Part shown: one piece after another, positions 36,089-48,134 of the stretch
How positions within the stretch are numbered: position 1 is the stretch's first letter
How the letters are laid out: every line of letters starts with the position of its first letter
From: Felis catus
Lineage: Eukaryota
Assembly: GCF_018350175.1 (NCBI RefSeq)
Contig: NC_058383.1
Span: 806,001 to 870,000, forward strand
Direction: 5' to 3'
DNA: 64,000 bases
The notes under the pieces: generated by a model
Databases searched by the model: none
The model's input: the letters and a program-made list of their open reading frames with translations, nothing else
Told to the model about the DNA's origin: nothing
Program-made: the position numbers and the translations under genes

Positions 36089-36361
36089 CAGTTGACCCTC
36101 AACGACAGGTTTGAGCTGTGCGGGTCCGCTTCTGCACCGTCCTCCCCGTCATGAGCTCTGTGGTGCTGCTTCTCTCTAGTTTATTTCATTGTAAGAGTGC
36201 AGTGTATCGCCCATGCAGAAAGTGTGTGATGCCCATGCAGCAAGCCCTCTGGCCGCCTGTAGGCTGTCAGTAGAGGTGCTGGGGAGCCAGAGATTATTCG
36301 TGGGGTCTTCACCGTGCAGGCAGCTAGTACCCCGGCCCCCGGGCCGTTCTAGGGTCACGTG
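36089..36361. mobile_element. Tigger2a-like (TcMar-Tigger) non-autonomous DNA transposon
   Basis: Terminal inverted repeats cagttgaccct...agggtcacgtg followed by TA; internal ctctagtttatttcattgtaaga matches Tigger2a as I recall it. Confidence 0.7.
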
Positions 36362-36393
36362 TATTAAGTTTTCGGTTTTTGCCTTTTCCCTAG

Positions 36394-36561
36394 CCTGACA
36401 TCTATCCAGGCAACTGCTGGGCATTCAGGGGCTCCCAGGGGTACCTCGTGGTGAGGCTGTCCATGGAGATCCACCCGACCACCTTCACTCTGGAGCACAT
36501 ACCAAAGACGCTGTCGCCCACAGGCAACATCACCAGCGCCCCCAAGGACTTCGCGGTCTAT
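36394..36561 (+). CDS. SUN1: SUN1 coding exon 20 (PDIYPGNCWAFRGSQGYLVVRLS...SAPKDFAVY), SUN domain
   Basis: ccctag acceptor, TAT|gtgagt donor, 168 nt. Confidence 0.97.
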
Positions 36562-37619
36562 GTGAGTGAGCCTCGTCCCGGCTCTCCCCTCCCTTCAGTT
36601 CCAGAACCTCCCTCAGATGAGCCCAGAAAAGGCTGTCGACACAAGTCTGTGTCACCGGCCCCTGTCCCCCCATCAGTGCTCTGAGCCGGTTACGTGCGGA
36701 GGGAGACGGTCCAGTCTATCTCAGGGAGGCCAGCGGGTGTGGACTGTGCTCGCTGCCCCCCCGCTCTGTGGGAGTGCTGCCCTCAGGACCAGTCCCTCCG
36801 ACCCGGAGAGTTCTGTGTCTAGAGAACGTTTGCCCATTCGGCCATAAAGGCAGGCGTGACAACTATACGCTGCTGAACTTACAGAAAACTCCCAAACACG
36901 AAAGTTGGAGAAAGAGCCCCCAGAATCCCAGCACCCAGAGAACTCATTGTTCATATCCTGGCGTTTTCTGCCCTGTCCACTTTTTTCCCTGTAAAAGATA
37001 CAGCCGAGACGGCACAGTTTGTATTTTGTGATGGCGATAAACGCTTTGTACGCATCTTTAAATACGTGAAACACCGTCACGTAGCGAGGCGCTCGCGTAC
37101 CTTTCCACTTCTCCCGCTGTTGCCGCAGCTTCTGTGTTGGGGGCTGGCGGCCGTACCCGCGGTCTCCCTCCCCCCCCCCCCCCCCATAGACTGGACGCTC
37201 ACAGTGGCACCACCGTGTACCTCGTGGCGGGGGGCGGAAGGGGGGCGTGAGCGTGCCCTGGCCAGTGCTTCACCTCACTGAGCCCTCTGGTCCTAACCTC
37301 CACTAGCCTGGCCGGTAAAAACGGCCTACTTGGTCTACGTTTCTGTGTTTCACACGCATGTTTCCTCTTTTGTAGGTTCATTTTGTTTTTATTCATTTAT
37401 CTTCCGGGAGTCTTAGTTTCCTTAAGCACATCTGAGCTTTTTCCACATAGAAACGCCTGTCACGCGTCCCTCTTACAGACACGCTTCCCAGTGTGCGTCC
37501 TGATGCTGCACGTAGCCACCTCTGCTCGTCCTCTGTCACTGCTTCCACGCTTCGCACGGAAGTCCCTTCCCGCTCTGACCCACTCTGACAGTCGCCCGTA
37601 CTTCCCACTGGCTGCTTCC

Positions 37620-37900
37620 TCGATGCGCCAAAACACAAACCAAAGTCACCCCTTAGCCACGTTAAGCGTGTGGTTTGCCGGATTCGGCGCGTTCACGAGG
37701 CTGTGCCGCTGCCGCGCCATCCCCACGGAACTTCGTCTTCCCAAACCGAGCCTCCGTCCCTGTTCCACACTAGCTCCTGGCGCCCCGTCTGCCCTCGTGC
37801 GAGTCGGCCTCCTGCGGCTTCACAGCCTGCTGAGCCGCCGTCCTTTTCCCAGGCTCATCCGATGCCCTGGGGCTCCGCTGTGGCGTGTGGAGCGCCACGC
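37620..37900 (-). mobile_element. GC-shifted L1M 3' end fragment
   Basis: cccttagccacgttaagcgtg...gttcacgaggctgtgc...tcttcccaaac parallels the L1M 3' ends at 14330 and 56345. Confidence 0.5.
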
Positions 37901-38181
37901 GGGCCGGGCGGTCACGGAGGGGTGCCTGCGGTCAGTCCCTCCTCTCTTGCTAGCTTGCCGGTTCCAGCTGTGCTTTTCCCTGTCCGCGTCCGAGAGGAAC
38001 AATACCTCCCTCGGGGGCCTGTCGTGAGCTGTGTGGTTGTGGAATGCCCAGCATTTACCAGGTCTTCTGGCGAAGGCCTTATTCCTGCTTTGATCTTCCC
38101 AGATTGTGTAGAAGGAGGGCAGTCTCCGTTAACGCGGTGTCGTTTTTCCATTTGTTAACGACTGTGTGGCTTTGGTCTCAG

Positions 38182-38274
38182 GGACTAGAAAACGAACACC
38201 AGGAGGAAGGACGGCTCCTGGGACGGTTTACATATGATCAAGACGGGGAGTCCCTCCAGATGTTCCACGCGCCG
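38182..38274 (+). CDS. SUN1: SUN1 coding exon 21 (GLENEHQEEGRLLGRFTYDQDGESLQMFHAP)
   Basis: tctcag acceptor, CCG|gtaagc donor, 93 nt. Confidence 0.96.
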
Positions 38275-38693
38275 GTAAGCACTTGCGCGGCTCGGCCCGG
38301 CCCGTAGCTTCCCGAGGCCTGACCCGCACTCCGCCTGCTCTCGGCTCAGCAGGACCCCCCGCTGGCCTCAGCAAAGCTGCCCGGTGGGGTCCGTGGGCAT
38401 CAGCCCGAGCGAGTGACCCTGAGCCTCCTGACTTTTCCCAGAGGAGCCTTCTTAGCGTATATTTGGTTCCATGTGCATGTGTCCCGTTGCCGGAAGCCGA
38501 AAGTAAATCTGGGGCCCGCTAGGAGTCCCGTTTCTACCTGAGCTACGTGTCCTAGGATACGTGCCTTAGTTCATACTGAGAACTTAATCCTCCAGCTTGA
38601 CCGCTTACTCTCAAATATCGTGGTCGGGAAAGTGATCAGGCTTGGGGTGTTCATGTGGATAATCGTGATTTCCTCCCCACGTTGTGATTCCAG

Positions 38694-38807
38694 AAAAGAC
38701 CCGAGAGAGCTTTCCAAATAGTGGAACTTCGGATTTTCTCTAACTGGGGCCATCCGGAATACACGTGTCTTTATCGGTTCAGAGTCCACGGAGAACCCAT
38801 CAAGTAA
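38694..38807 (+). CDS. SUN1: SUN1 last coding exon ([37 protein letters not shown])
   Basis: ttccag acceptor; SUN-domain C-terminal [17 protein letters not shown] motif; TAA at 38805-38807. Confidence 0.97.
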   Translation, partial: KRPERAFQIVELRIFSNWGHPEYTCLYRFRVHGEPIK

Positions 38808-40395
38808 AGATCCCGCTGTCAGTTCTTGTACATCTTGTATATACTGGGACAGCCTGACACACTGGAACCCTTTGTGAACCAGGGCACATGGAGTAACAGG
38901 ATACTGTCACCCCTAAATAAACGCCACCGACTGCCACTGGGAGTGGACGCCCTGCTTGCTCTTCTGTCCACAGAAAACACTGCATGTCGAATGCGTAGTT
39001 TCACCGAGGTCTGCCAGCAACAGCCGATCTCTGTGGAGATTCCTTTGAATGTGTGGGTCACAAAGACACATGTGTTGTTTTGGGGATTTGTTTTTGAACA
39101 TGAAGCTCTTGATACTTGTATTTTCTTGACATCAGGAACAAAGCAAATTAAAAGGTCGAAGTGTTTGAAGCTTTGATATTTAGCCTTTCACTGGCCCTTC
39201 TCAAGGACTTTCGGGGGCAGATCGATTTCATGTGTTCGATCCAGCACACGTTTCTTTCAGGGAAAAACCGCGTCACCAAGTTTCGGTTGTGAACTCCTTT
39301 TTTCCAGGGTAGGATTTTTCCCTTTATCCCGCACCAGGTGGGGAAATTCCTGCAATGTGTTTTTCTGCTTAGTCTGTTTTACTGTGGGCTGAAGGGGGGG
39401 TCTCACATGAAAGGGGGCGGTCTGGATCTAAATGGACACATCAGTCGAGCTCTCGGGTCTCAAAGAGGCTCATCCCCCCGGGGGCTGTCCCCGAGTCTGC
39501 GCAGTGTCCGAGGGAGCCGGGACACCCAGGCTTGTGGGTGTCGTCTGCGTCTGGTTTGAATTTTGCTGCAGAGTTGAACACTAACTAACCTGCTCCCTGT
39601 CTTTCCGAGTCTAAAATTTTTCCTCCACTGACGGTTATCCAAGGGGGTTGTTCAGGGTAGCAAATTCTTGAAACCATTACATTTTGTGGTTATACTTTTT
39701 CTCACAGTGGCACTTTCTTCCCGCCTCTAGCTGGGATTTGCCTCTTGCTATGGCTGTCGGCCGTTCTCAATTCCTTGAGACTCATTGTTTATAGTTAATA
39801 TTTAATATTTAGACTATTTTACTGAGCAGACTTTATAAATGAGATATCTGCAAGGCACTTAAAGTGTTACAGATGTTTTAAAAATTATTTAAGTTTTATT
39901 GGTTAAGACCGTTCTTTTGGTGTTCTCATAAATACTGTATTTTCAGAAAAAGAAAATGATGGTGCTGACTGGTTTTCTGAAGAGTTTTATGTATATTGCA
40001 CAACAGTCCTCAGATACATAAAAACTACACAAAGTAGCATTTTTTTCACTCTTCTTAGAATTGGGACTAACTAATGCCTATGCAGTTAAGTCAGATAAAA
40101 TGTATACAGATGTTTCATATATTACGGGATAAATCTATAAATCAAAATTTCCTATATAAAACTAAATTTGGGAGTTGGGTGGAAGTATTTTGAATATTTA
40201 TTTTTAAAGATGCAAGATAGGACTTTGTGCGCGGTATTTTTGTAAATGCTTTTCAAAACACTTGTCTTTGGTAGTGCTGCTTTTGCTGCCACCAAATTGA
40301 TAAGATGCTATTGAAATGTTTAAATAAAGAGTTTAAATTTTTAAAAGTGCATGTGATGTTTCGAATGCATAATAAATGGTGTCTTTTCTCAGTTT
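38808..40395 (+). other. SUN1: SUN1 3' UTR, with an AU-rich distal block from about 39780 to 40380
   Basis: Follows the stop codon and ends at paired AATAAA signals. Confidence 0.7.
40323..40376 (+). terminator. SUN1: SUN1 polyadenylation signals (AATAAA at 40323 and 40371)
   Basis: Two canonical hexamers followed by a GT/T-rich downstream element (gtgtcttttctcagtttg). Confidence 0.75.
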
Positions 40396-41169
40396 GCTCT
40401 GTTCCTGCCCGTGGGGTGTGGGGCGATGACGCTTGCGAGTTCTAGAGACGGCCCCTTGGGAAACGAGGTGAACGGTAGAGAGGGTGGCCGGACAGGGAGA
40501 AAATCGGGAAAAAGAGGAGGTGGCTCTCCTCCAAGGGACATCTGCGTCATCAGGGCACCTGCTGCCAAAGATGGGTTTGGGACGGGAGTTCATTTGTAAG
40601 TCTGACCCGGGATTGGTTCATTCAGCCAACGCCTCCTGAATGCCTACTGTGTGCGGGAGGCCCTGGGCTGAGGATCCCTAGTGAGCCAGGACAGAGCACC
40701 TCTTCGGCAAGAGCTGAAGCGGGAGGAAGCAGCACAGCACCTCCGTGGCGGGGCGTGAGGCCTCCGCCTGGAAGGGACCCTGGAGGCCAGGACCCCCAGG
40801 GGAAGGCTGCACCTGCGTCTCCCTGTCGGTTTTCGGGTTCCCACTCTCTTTTTGCCCTTCTGGAAACACTATGCCCACTAGCAAAAATAGGTGTATACTT
40901 CGCTGTTGTTTACAGGAGACAAATGACGGCGTACTCTACTTAACAGCGCTGTGCCTCCCTTTTTTCCATTGTGAAAAATACCTGGAGATCTGTCACAAAG
41001 GAACTTTAAAGAAAATAGCAATACCATTGGGGATTTAATGGTTACTGATCTATGGACATTTGTTTGCATCATCTATACGAACAATAGGTTACAAACAAGG
41101 ACTCTGTAATCAACAACCTCCGGGGTCTGATGTTGGCTGACACTGAACTCCAACTGGGCTGCAGTTGTG

Positions 41170-41740
41170 CTCCCCACCCCCAGTCCCTGTCCCCATCCCC
41201 AGAACCCATCCACTGTCCCTATCCCCATCCCCTGTCCCATCCTTTTCCCTGTCCCCAGAACCCATCCGCTGTCCCTATCCCCATCCCCTGTCCCATGCTT
41301 TTCCCTCTCCCCAGAACCCATCCTTCTGTCCCCAGAACCCATCCACTGTCCCCATCCCCTTCCCCAGCCTCCATCTGTGTCATCTCCTGCTCCCATCCTT
41401 GTCCCTGTCCCCATAACCCATCCTCTGTCCCCAGCCTCCATCTGTGTCCCCATCTCTGTCACCATCACCCATCCTCTGTCCCCATCCCCTGTCCCATTCT
41501 TGTCCCTGTTCCCAGAACCCATCCACTGTCCTCATCCCATCTCCATCCCCTGTCCCAGTCCCCATCCCCTGTCCCATCCTTGTCCCGGTCCCCATAACCC
41601 ATCCTCTGTCCCCAGCCTCTATCTGTGTCCCCATCCCTGTCCCCAAAACCCACCCTCTCCCCATCCCCGTCCACAGCCGCCGTATGTGTCCTCGTCCCCT
41701 GCCCCCATCCCTGTCCTGTCCTTGTCCCCATCTCCCACCA
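41170..41740. repeat. C-rich hexamer-based repeat (cccatc/cctgtc, cccagaacccatcc) between SUN1 and GET4
   Basis: Tandem degenerate units. Confidence 0.9.
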
Positions 41741-41779
41741 GACTTGCAGCTCTGTGTTAACAGGTGCTTCTGCGTCCAA

Positions 41780-43130
41780 GCGAGCCGGCGACTCGAGCGA
41801 TGACGTGTCATCTCGACTTCGACCTCTCTTTGGTCCCAAACCCGGGCCAAATCAGGACCCTCACCTCCCCTGTACCCGCGCCCGAAAGCGTGAAAACACA
41901 GCTTTTATTTAGGAATCTTTGCGTCCCAACGATGGTGGAAATGCCGCTTGTTTCACCTCAGGCCACCCTCCCCAGCCCCGCGCCGCTCAGCCTCAGTTTC
42001 TCCCCCGCAGCGCCCCAGAACCCGGTCGTCACGTGCCGCCGCCATTGTGGCGTCAGCCAGCGAGCCGCGGTCACGTGCGCGCCGCCTCCACCCCGCCCAG
42101 CGGCTACGCGGCCGCCCTCCGCAGACTCCGCGACCCCGCCCCGAGGTCACGTGGCCGTCTGCCGCTGGCTCCACGGCCCCGCCCCGCAATCACGTGGTCG
42201 CCCGCCGGCGCGCCCGCCTCCAGCTGCGCGCGGCTCCTCGCGGGCCACCGTAGAGGGCGTCGGACGGCCGCCGGGACGGAAGCCGAGAGGCGCTGCCGAC
42301 CGCGCCTGCGACAGCGTCAGCCCTTCGCGGAGCGCCGGCCCGATGGCGGCGGCGGCGGCGATGGCCGAGCAGGAGAGTGCCCGGAACGGCGCCCGGAATC
42401 GCGGCGGTGTCCAGCGCGTGGAGGGCAAGTTGCGCGCCAGCGTCGAGAAGGGTGACTACTACGAGGCGCACCAGATGTACCGGACCCTGTTCTTCAGGTA
42501 GCCGCTGCGCCGCGGCCGCCGCCTTCCAGGGCTTTCCGCCGAGCCTGGCGCCCCGCCCCCGGCCGCCTTCCATTGGCCGCGCCGCGCCGCCCCGCGCCCC
42601 CATTGGCCCGCGCCGCTGCCTGTCGCCGCGGCGGTCGGAGCAGGCGGGCGGCCGGGAGGCGGAGGACTGAGGACGCCGAGCCCGGCCTCCCCCGTGCCCC
42701 GGCCCAGCTCCCCGCCAGCCGGGCCTCCCCCAGTCCCGGCCCGGCCGCCCCATGCCTGGCCCGACACATCCACTCTCCGGGCCCCTGGCCGGCCTCTCCC
42801 AGCCACGGCCACCCCGGGACCGAGCCTCGGGGTCTGCGTCCCCCGGCGGTCCGGTCGTCCGGGTTAAGCGTCTTTCTGCCCCGGGGTCCCTGCGCCGCGC
42901 GCTGGGCCAGCCGTGCCCGCGAGCCCGGCGCTGCGCCTGCACCTGCGCGGCCGGCAGCCCCGGCGCCACGGTGAGTGTCCCAGGCGCTGAGCTGCGGGGC
43001 GCGGGGGCGCTCAGGGCTCGCGACGCGTGCAAGCTGGCCCGCTGCGGGTTGCGGGCGATAAAATGTGCTTTTCCGGTGCGGCTCTGGAGCGTTGGCGAGT
43101 GTCGCGTGGCCTGCGTTTATTTTCTTTCGG
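41780..43130 (+). promoter_or_regulatory. GET4: GET4 CpG-island promoter spanning exon 1
   Basis: Very high GC/CpG content; CACGTG E-boxes at 42030, 42072, 42148 and 42191; GC boxes; YY1-like CCGCCAT near 42039; inverted CCAAT (ATTGG) at 42572 and 42602. Confidence 0.85.
42343..42497 (+). CDS. GET4: GET4 exon 1 ([52 protein letters not shown])
   Basis: GET4 YEAHQ motif; CAG|gtagcc donor; 155 nt. Confidence 0.97.
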
Positions 43131-44149
43131 TAGTTGTGCTGTAACACGTCCGCTGCTGTGATTTCTGGGTGGTTCTTGGCACATTCCGGTAAGTTCTGCC
43201 GCTTCTCTACTGTTGAGGCCAGAACGCAATGGGCCGTTCGTTGCGAGTCGGATAGGCCTTAAAGACCATTTTATAGGTGGTTAAAGCTGTTTTGTGGCCT
43301 GCTTTTTCTTTCCGAACTGCCAGAGTCAGGCCTGTTCACCATTTCGGCCTAGGTTTTTAAATTTTCTTTAAATAACCAGTTGGATCAAGGTCTTGGGGAC
43401 TCAGAGGTGCTCCGAGTGCGGCTCGTCACGTCCCAGACGACGGTGGGCTCTGTTGGCTTAGAGGACCAGGTAGGAGTGAGTTGGTTGTGGTTTAGGGCAT
43501 CAGCCAAAGACTTGAGTAGGCTAGGCATTGAAGTTTGCAACATGAAGCCTTCCGCCTGGCCGCTTGGCAATCAGATATCCATGTGGCCTGGAGATCTGCC
43601 CCGGTGCTCGCTGTTCTCCGGGATTTGTATGTAAATATTTGCCCCAGTGATTAATCAGCGAAACAGGATCTTCCCGAAAATGAACAGTGTTTCTTGTTTT
43701 GAGACACTTCTGCCCGTGTGGGGAAAGGAGGTGTCGATCAGCTATAAAGAGGCAAGTGTCTCTGCACAGGGTGTGTGTCTGGAGTGGCCGGGGGTGGTGA
43801 CAGAAAGCATGCTCTCTGCCAGCACAGCCTTGACCTACTTCGAATTCCACCTCTGCTCTGTGACCAGTGACCCACGACATCTTGCTGAACCTGTCTCAGC
43901 CTTGGCTTGGTCGCGGGGCAGTGGGGTGTACCTTCACCTCTTGGTAGTTGGGAAAAGTAAATGATCTGCCGTTGGCCTCCCTGGGGACGAAGTCGGTGGT
44001 GGCATTTGTGGCGTCCACAAGGTCTGAGTGAAACAGCCGGGAGCTGTCCTTGTCTCCCAGGGTACAGTCCGTGCGCACCTGTTTAGAACCCTCCTCCTGG
44101 GTGTGTGGCTCTGGGAGAAGTCAGGTTCACTGAGTTACATTAGGTTTTT

Positions 44150-44520
44150 GGTCTTTGTGTAAGTAAATACACGTTTGTGTAAGAGTTTACGTAGAACACG
44201 CACTCTGATGAGTTTTGGCACGTGCTCGCACGAAACCGTCAGCAGTCAGGATACTAAGAGTTTCCGTCACTGCCTAAGTTTTCTCATCTGTACCCCTCGC
44301 CCCCAGGCAACCCCTGATCTCTGCATCACGGTCACGGTAGATGGATTCCCCTTTTTCTAGAATGTGACGTAAGTGGAATCATATCCTCTTTTTGTCTTTT
44401 TCGGGTCCACGCAGCATGATCATTCAGGATTTACCCCAGTGCGTAGCGTTAATTCATTTCTGTGGCCAAGTGGTGTTCTGTAGTGCGGATGGACCACAGC
44501 TTGGCACCCGTTCACCTGTC
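44150..44520 (-). mobile_element. Old L1MC-like 3' fragment
   Basis: ccccaggcaacccctgatct...ttctagaatg...aagtggaatcata. Confidence 0.55.
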
Positions 44521-47117
44521 AGAGACTTTCACAAATTACACTTGTGATTGTCGTACTTCAGGGCAGCTGACGGAGAAGGGAGCCCGGAATCGGGCAGTCG
44601 GGTGGGTCGGGCTTACTTGGTGCGCGTCCCTTAGGCGTGGACCGTGGCAGAGGTCCAGTCGTTCAGCTGGACGCTCTGCCCCCTCTCCACCCCACCCCAC
44701 CCCCCTGGGGTGCCAGCAGGTGGCCACTTAGTGTCTTCAGAGCTCCTCTGGGACTAGGAGGGAGTCTCTTTTCCAGGCCTGTTGGGTTATGGGTACTCAC
44801 TAGTTCTCTAGCCCCCCACTTCTGGCTTCCCTTGGCCCAGTGCCTCCACTGTCACCTCCCGGGGGGGCCCCTCTGCATCCAGCCTGCGTCCCTCTGATTT
44901 CATCAAAATCCGCCTTCCTTCCCAGGGGCCTTCTGACATTTGTGTCACTGTTTTGCCTCCCAAATCAAATGAAAATTTTTAAAAGAAAAACTTAAAACAC
45001 GTGTTCTCTGCAACCTCCAAGCAAATAAGGAACTTTTCCTAAAGGAGGGGGCTGTGCCAGGGGGTTCCAGGGGGTTCCGGTCGTGTTCTCGGGGTGACCC
45101 TGCGGTGATGCTGAGCCCTCCTGAGCTCCACAGCATGGGGTGCTGTTAGCTGGCACCTGACATGCCTCTCTCTGACCCCACAATTTCTATTGCTAGTATT
45201 AACGTTTTTGTTACTTTCTGCTTGCTTCTTTTAATAAAAAGCAGAATCAACGGACAAGGCACGAGGCTGGGTGGGGCGCCCCCCCCCCGGCCCCGCCCCC
45301 GCCCCAATCACGTGCTGGCCAGGTGCGGGTTCCATTGGTGCCTACACATGTGTGCTGACGTCAGGGCCACGCGGATGGTGGATGGTGCCCCGCCTGCTCT
45401 CAGCTCCCCCCCCCCCCCAACGCCTTGGGCCCCGGCACTAAATCCCTTCCCATCCCCTGAATTCCAGACAGAAGCACGTGCATTTCTCACGATCGCCTTT
45501 CACTGTTTCCGTTTTTTCCAGCTTTGCTTGATCTGCAACACGCGAGCTCCCCGAGCCGGGCGTGTGCGCCGTGGAACCCTTGCGTTGCTCCGCTCCCCCT
45601 GGAGCCCCCAGCCCTGGAGCTGTGGGTGCTCGAAGGCAGGCCCTGTTGTCCCAGAGACTTCTGTCATCTGGTGCTCTGAGAGGTTATCTCAGACGGGAGA
45701 GTCTAGAGCCCTGTCACGTCTCGTGTAAGCAGCGACACGCTGGCAGGATTGTCACGGAGAGGTGCCTGCGGTTCCGCGTGTCCGTGCCGGTGGCAGTGTG
45801 GGGCTGCGCGCCTCTGGAACTCGCCTTCCCGGGACCGCCCGTGGCAGTGTGGGCCCCCCCAGGACCGGGCTGCGACGAGCTGGGCGTGGGGGGGGGGGCG
45901 CAGCCCGCAGGCTGGCGGTGGTTTTCTGGCCGGGCTGCGGGTTCCCCCCACCGGTGCCGCCCCCACCCGGCAGATGGGTCTTCTGTGTGCTGATCGCGGC
46001 GGGGCCGTGTTCTCCTGGGGGGTTCCGGTCGTGGAACCTTAGTGAAGCAAAGACCGTTTCTGTGGTTAGTTGAATAGCCAGGCGCTCACGTCCCCCCTGG
46101 CCTGCCGGTCGGGGCGAGCTACAGACGGGCTCCCAGGCCTCCGTGCTTGCTGTTTGCCTGTCTTGGGAGCACCTTGTGCTGCTCACTTGGTATCTTTCTT
46201 CAATTTGCTTTGGTTCTGTTTCTTTTCTGATAATCACGGAGATAGACGCACGGCCAGCGAGTGGAGCGTCGGGTCGCGCGCTTAGCTCTGCGCCGGGCTG
46301 CGGGGAGCTGCTTCCTGCTGTTGGCTCTCTCTCGGGCTCAGCTCGGCTTCGCTAAATGTCGCCTGTCGCAGACAGACCGCCATCCTGTCGTTTGTGTTTA
46401 GTTGCCTGCCAGGCTCCGGCTTCTCGGTGTGTCTATCTCTCTGCAGTTAAGGAAACTGAGAAATGTGTCCAAAATGGGAAAGTGAGGCAGGACAGGGTGG
46501 GGTGGAGGGGGTGGGGACCACAGAGAGAGTCGACGTCCCCCAGTGAGCTCCTGCTGTCCCGACCCCCGAGCGGGGCCCTGACCTTTGGTTCTCCGATGGA
46601 CACCAGTATGTCGCTCTGTCCTTCACGCGGGTCCCACCACCGAAGTGGGGCCTGTGTGCTCGGGGTGGACGTCATCCAGCCTTTCTCTGGGTCCTTCTGC
46701 TGCGACCTTTGAGCTGCGCCGGGCCCCCCACCCGTGCTGCTGTCAGATGGGGGGTGTGGGTCTGCCAGTCCCCTGAGGCCTGCCTTGTTGACGGCAGGGA
46801 CTCTCTGCCACAGTGGGTGGGGGCCGGGGTGCCGTGACCACCCGGTGAGGTGGCAGGCCTCAGGCGACGACACAGCTCGACTCTGTTCTTGGTCGGTCAC
46901 GCACGCAGGCGCACGCGCGTGTTTCCGGGATCGTTTGCCGTATAAAGTTCCTGTGTTTACTCACACGTCGTATCTTTTGCATTTTCTCTCTAAACCGTAG
47001 CCGTTGGGCTGGGGGAGCGTGATTCCGAGAGTGTGTCAGACTGTGGAGGACGTCTGTGGGGGAGCACGGGGCATAACTGGACCTAACTGGGGCTCCGCCC
47101 TCCTCTCTGTCTTACAG

Positions 47118-47196
47118 GTACATGTCACAGAGCAAGCACACGGAGGCGCGGGAGCTCATGTGCTCGGGGGCACTCCTGTTCTTCAGCCACGGCCAA
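47118..47196 (+). CDS. GET4: GET4 exon 2 ([26 protein letters not shown])
   Basis: ttacag acceptor, CAA|gtacgc donor, 79 nt. Confidence 0.94.
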
Positions 47197-47528
47197 GTAC
47201 GCGGCGGGCCTGCCTTTCCCCCTCTGCTTGGGGCTTGCGGGTTGGAAAAGGAGCGTCCAGGGAGAGGTGTGGCGGACGACCGTGGACCGTCCCTGTCGCT
47301 GGCCACCGCCAGGCGGGTGTGCTTGTGTCCGGGGTGCCGTGTGAGGGTGCCGGGTGCCGCGCCGGCCAGGGTCTCCGTCCTCCAGGCGCCCCGCCCGGGG
47401 GGCCCCGTGCCTCTCCCCGCCACGCGTTTCTGGCTGGACACCGGAGCAGCCGTCCAGCTCTGCCGGGGCTTCTAAAGACCAGCCAGGGCTCTGCTTCTGT
47501 GATTCCTACTCACTTCTGTGTTTTGTAG

Positions 47529-47610
47529 CAAAACAGCGCTGCGGACTTGTCCATGTTGGTCTTAGAGTCGCTGGAGAAGGCAGAAGTCGAGGTGGCCGCT
47601 GACCTGTTGG
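47529..47610 (+). CDS. GET4: GET4 exon 3 ([27 protein letters not shown])
   Basis: ttgtag acceptor, TGG|gtgagg donor, 82 nt. Confidence 0.95.
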
Positions 47611-47984
47611 GTGAGGCTTTCTGACTGTGCACGAGGTACCTGTGCACATGGAGTAGTGACGCCCCAGCGCGCCCTCTCTGGTGGACGCTGGCACCTCGCC
47701 CGCCAGCCTGCCCGCACGCTGAGCGTGCATCGGGGCGGGTCCCCTGGGGGCCAGCTCCCTGCTGTAGTCCACCTCCCCCTCTGCTCCAGGACACAGGCCG
47801 AGCCTCCAGGCTGCTGACTTTGCGGCCGAGAGGTCAGCGGTGGGGGGCTCTGGGACACACCAGAACGCCATTTCTCAGCTCCGGGGCGGAATAGTTCTTG
47901 TTTCGGTGAACCCTGACCTGCGGCGTGTGGGGCGCTGAACGGCAGCGCTTCTCTGGATGAGGGTCTGTGTTTGTGTCGTTTTAG

Positions 47985-48134
47985 AAAATCTGGCTAAACT
48001 GTTCAGTCTGATGGACCCGAATTCCCCAGAGCGAGTGGCTTTTGTGTCTCGAGCCCTGAAGTGGTCCAGTGGAGGATCAGGGAAGCTGGGCCACCCCCGT
48101 CTCCACCAGCTGCTGGCCCTCACCCTGTGGAAAG
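47985..48134 (+). CDS. GET4: GET4 exon 4 ([28 protein letters not shown]...LALTLWK)
   Basis: ttttag acceptor, AAG|gtaggc donor, 150 nt. Confidence 0.96.

Noticed and set aside
41073..41850. Overlapping ORFs upstream of GET4
   Set aside because: Translations of the hexamer repeat.
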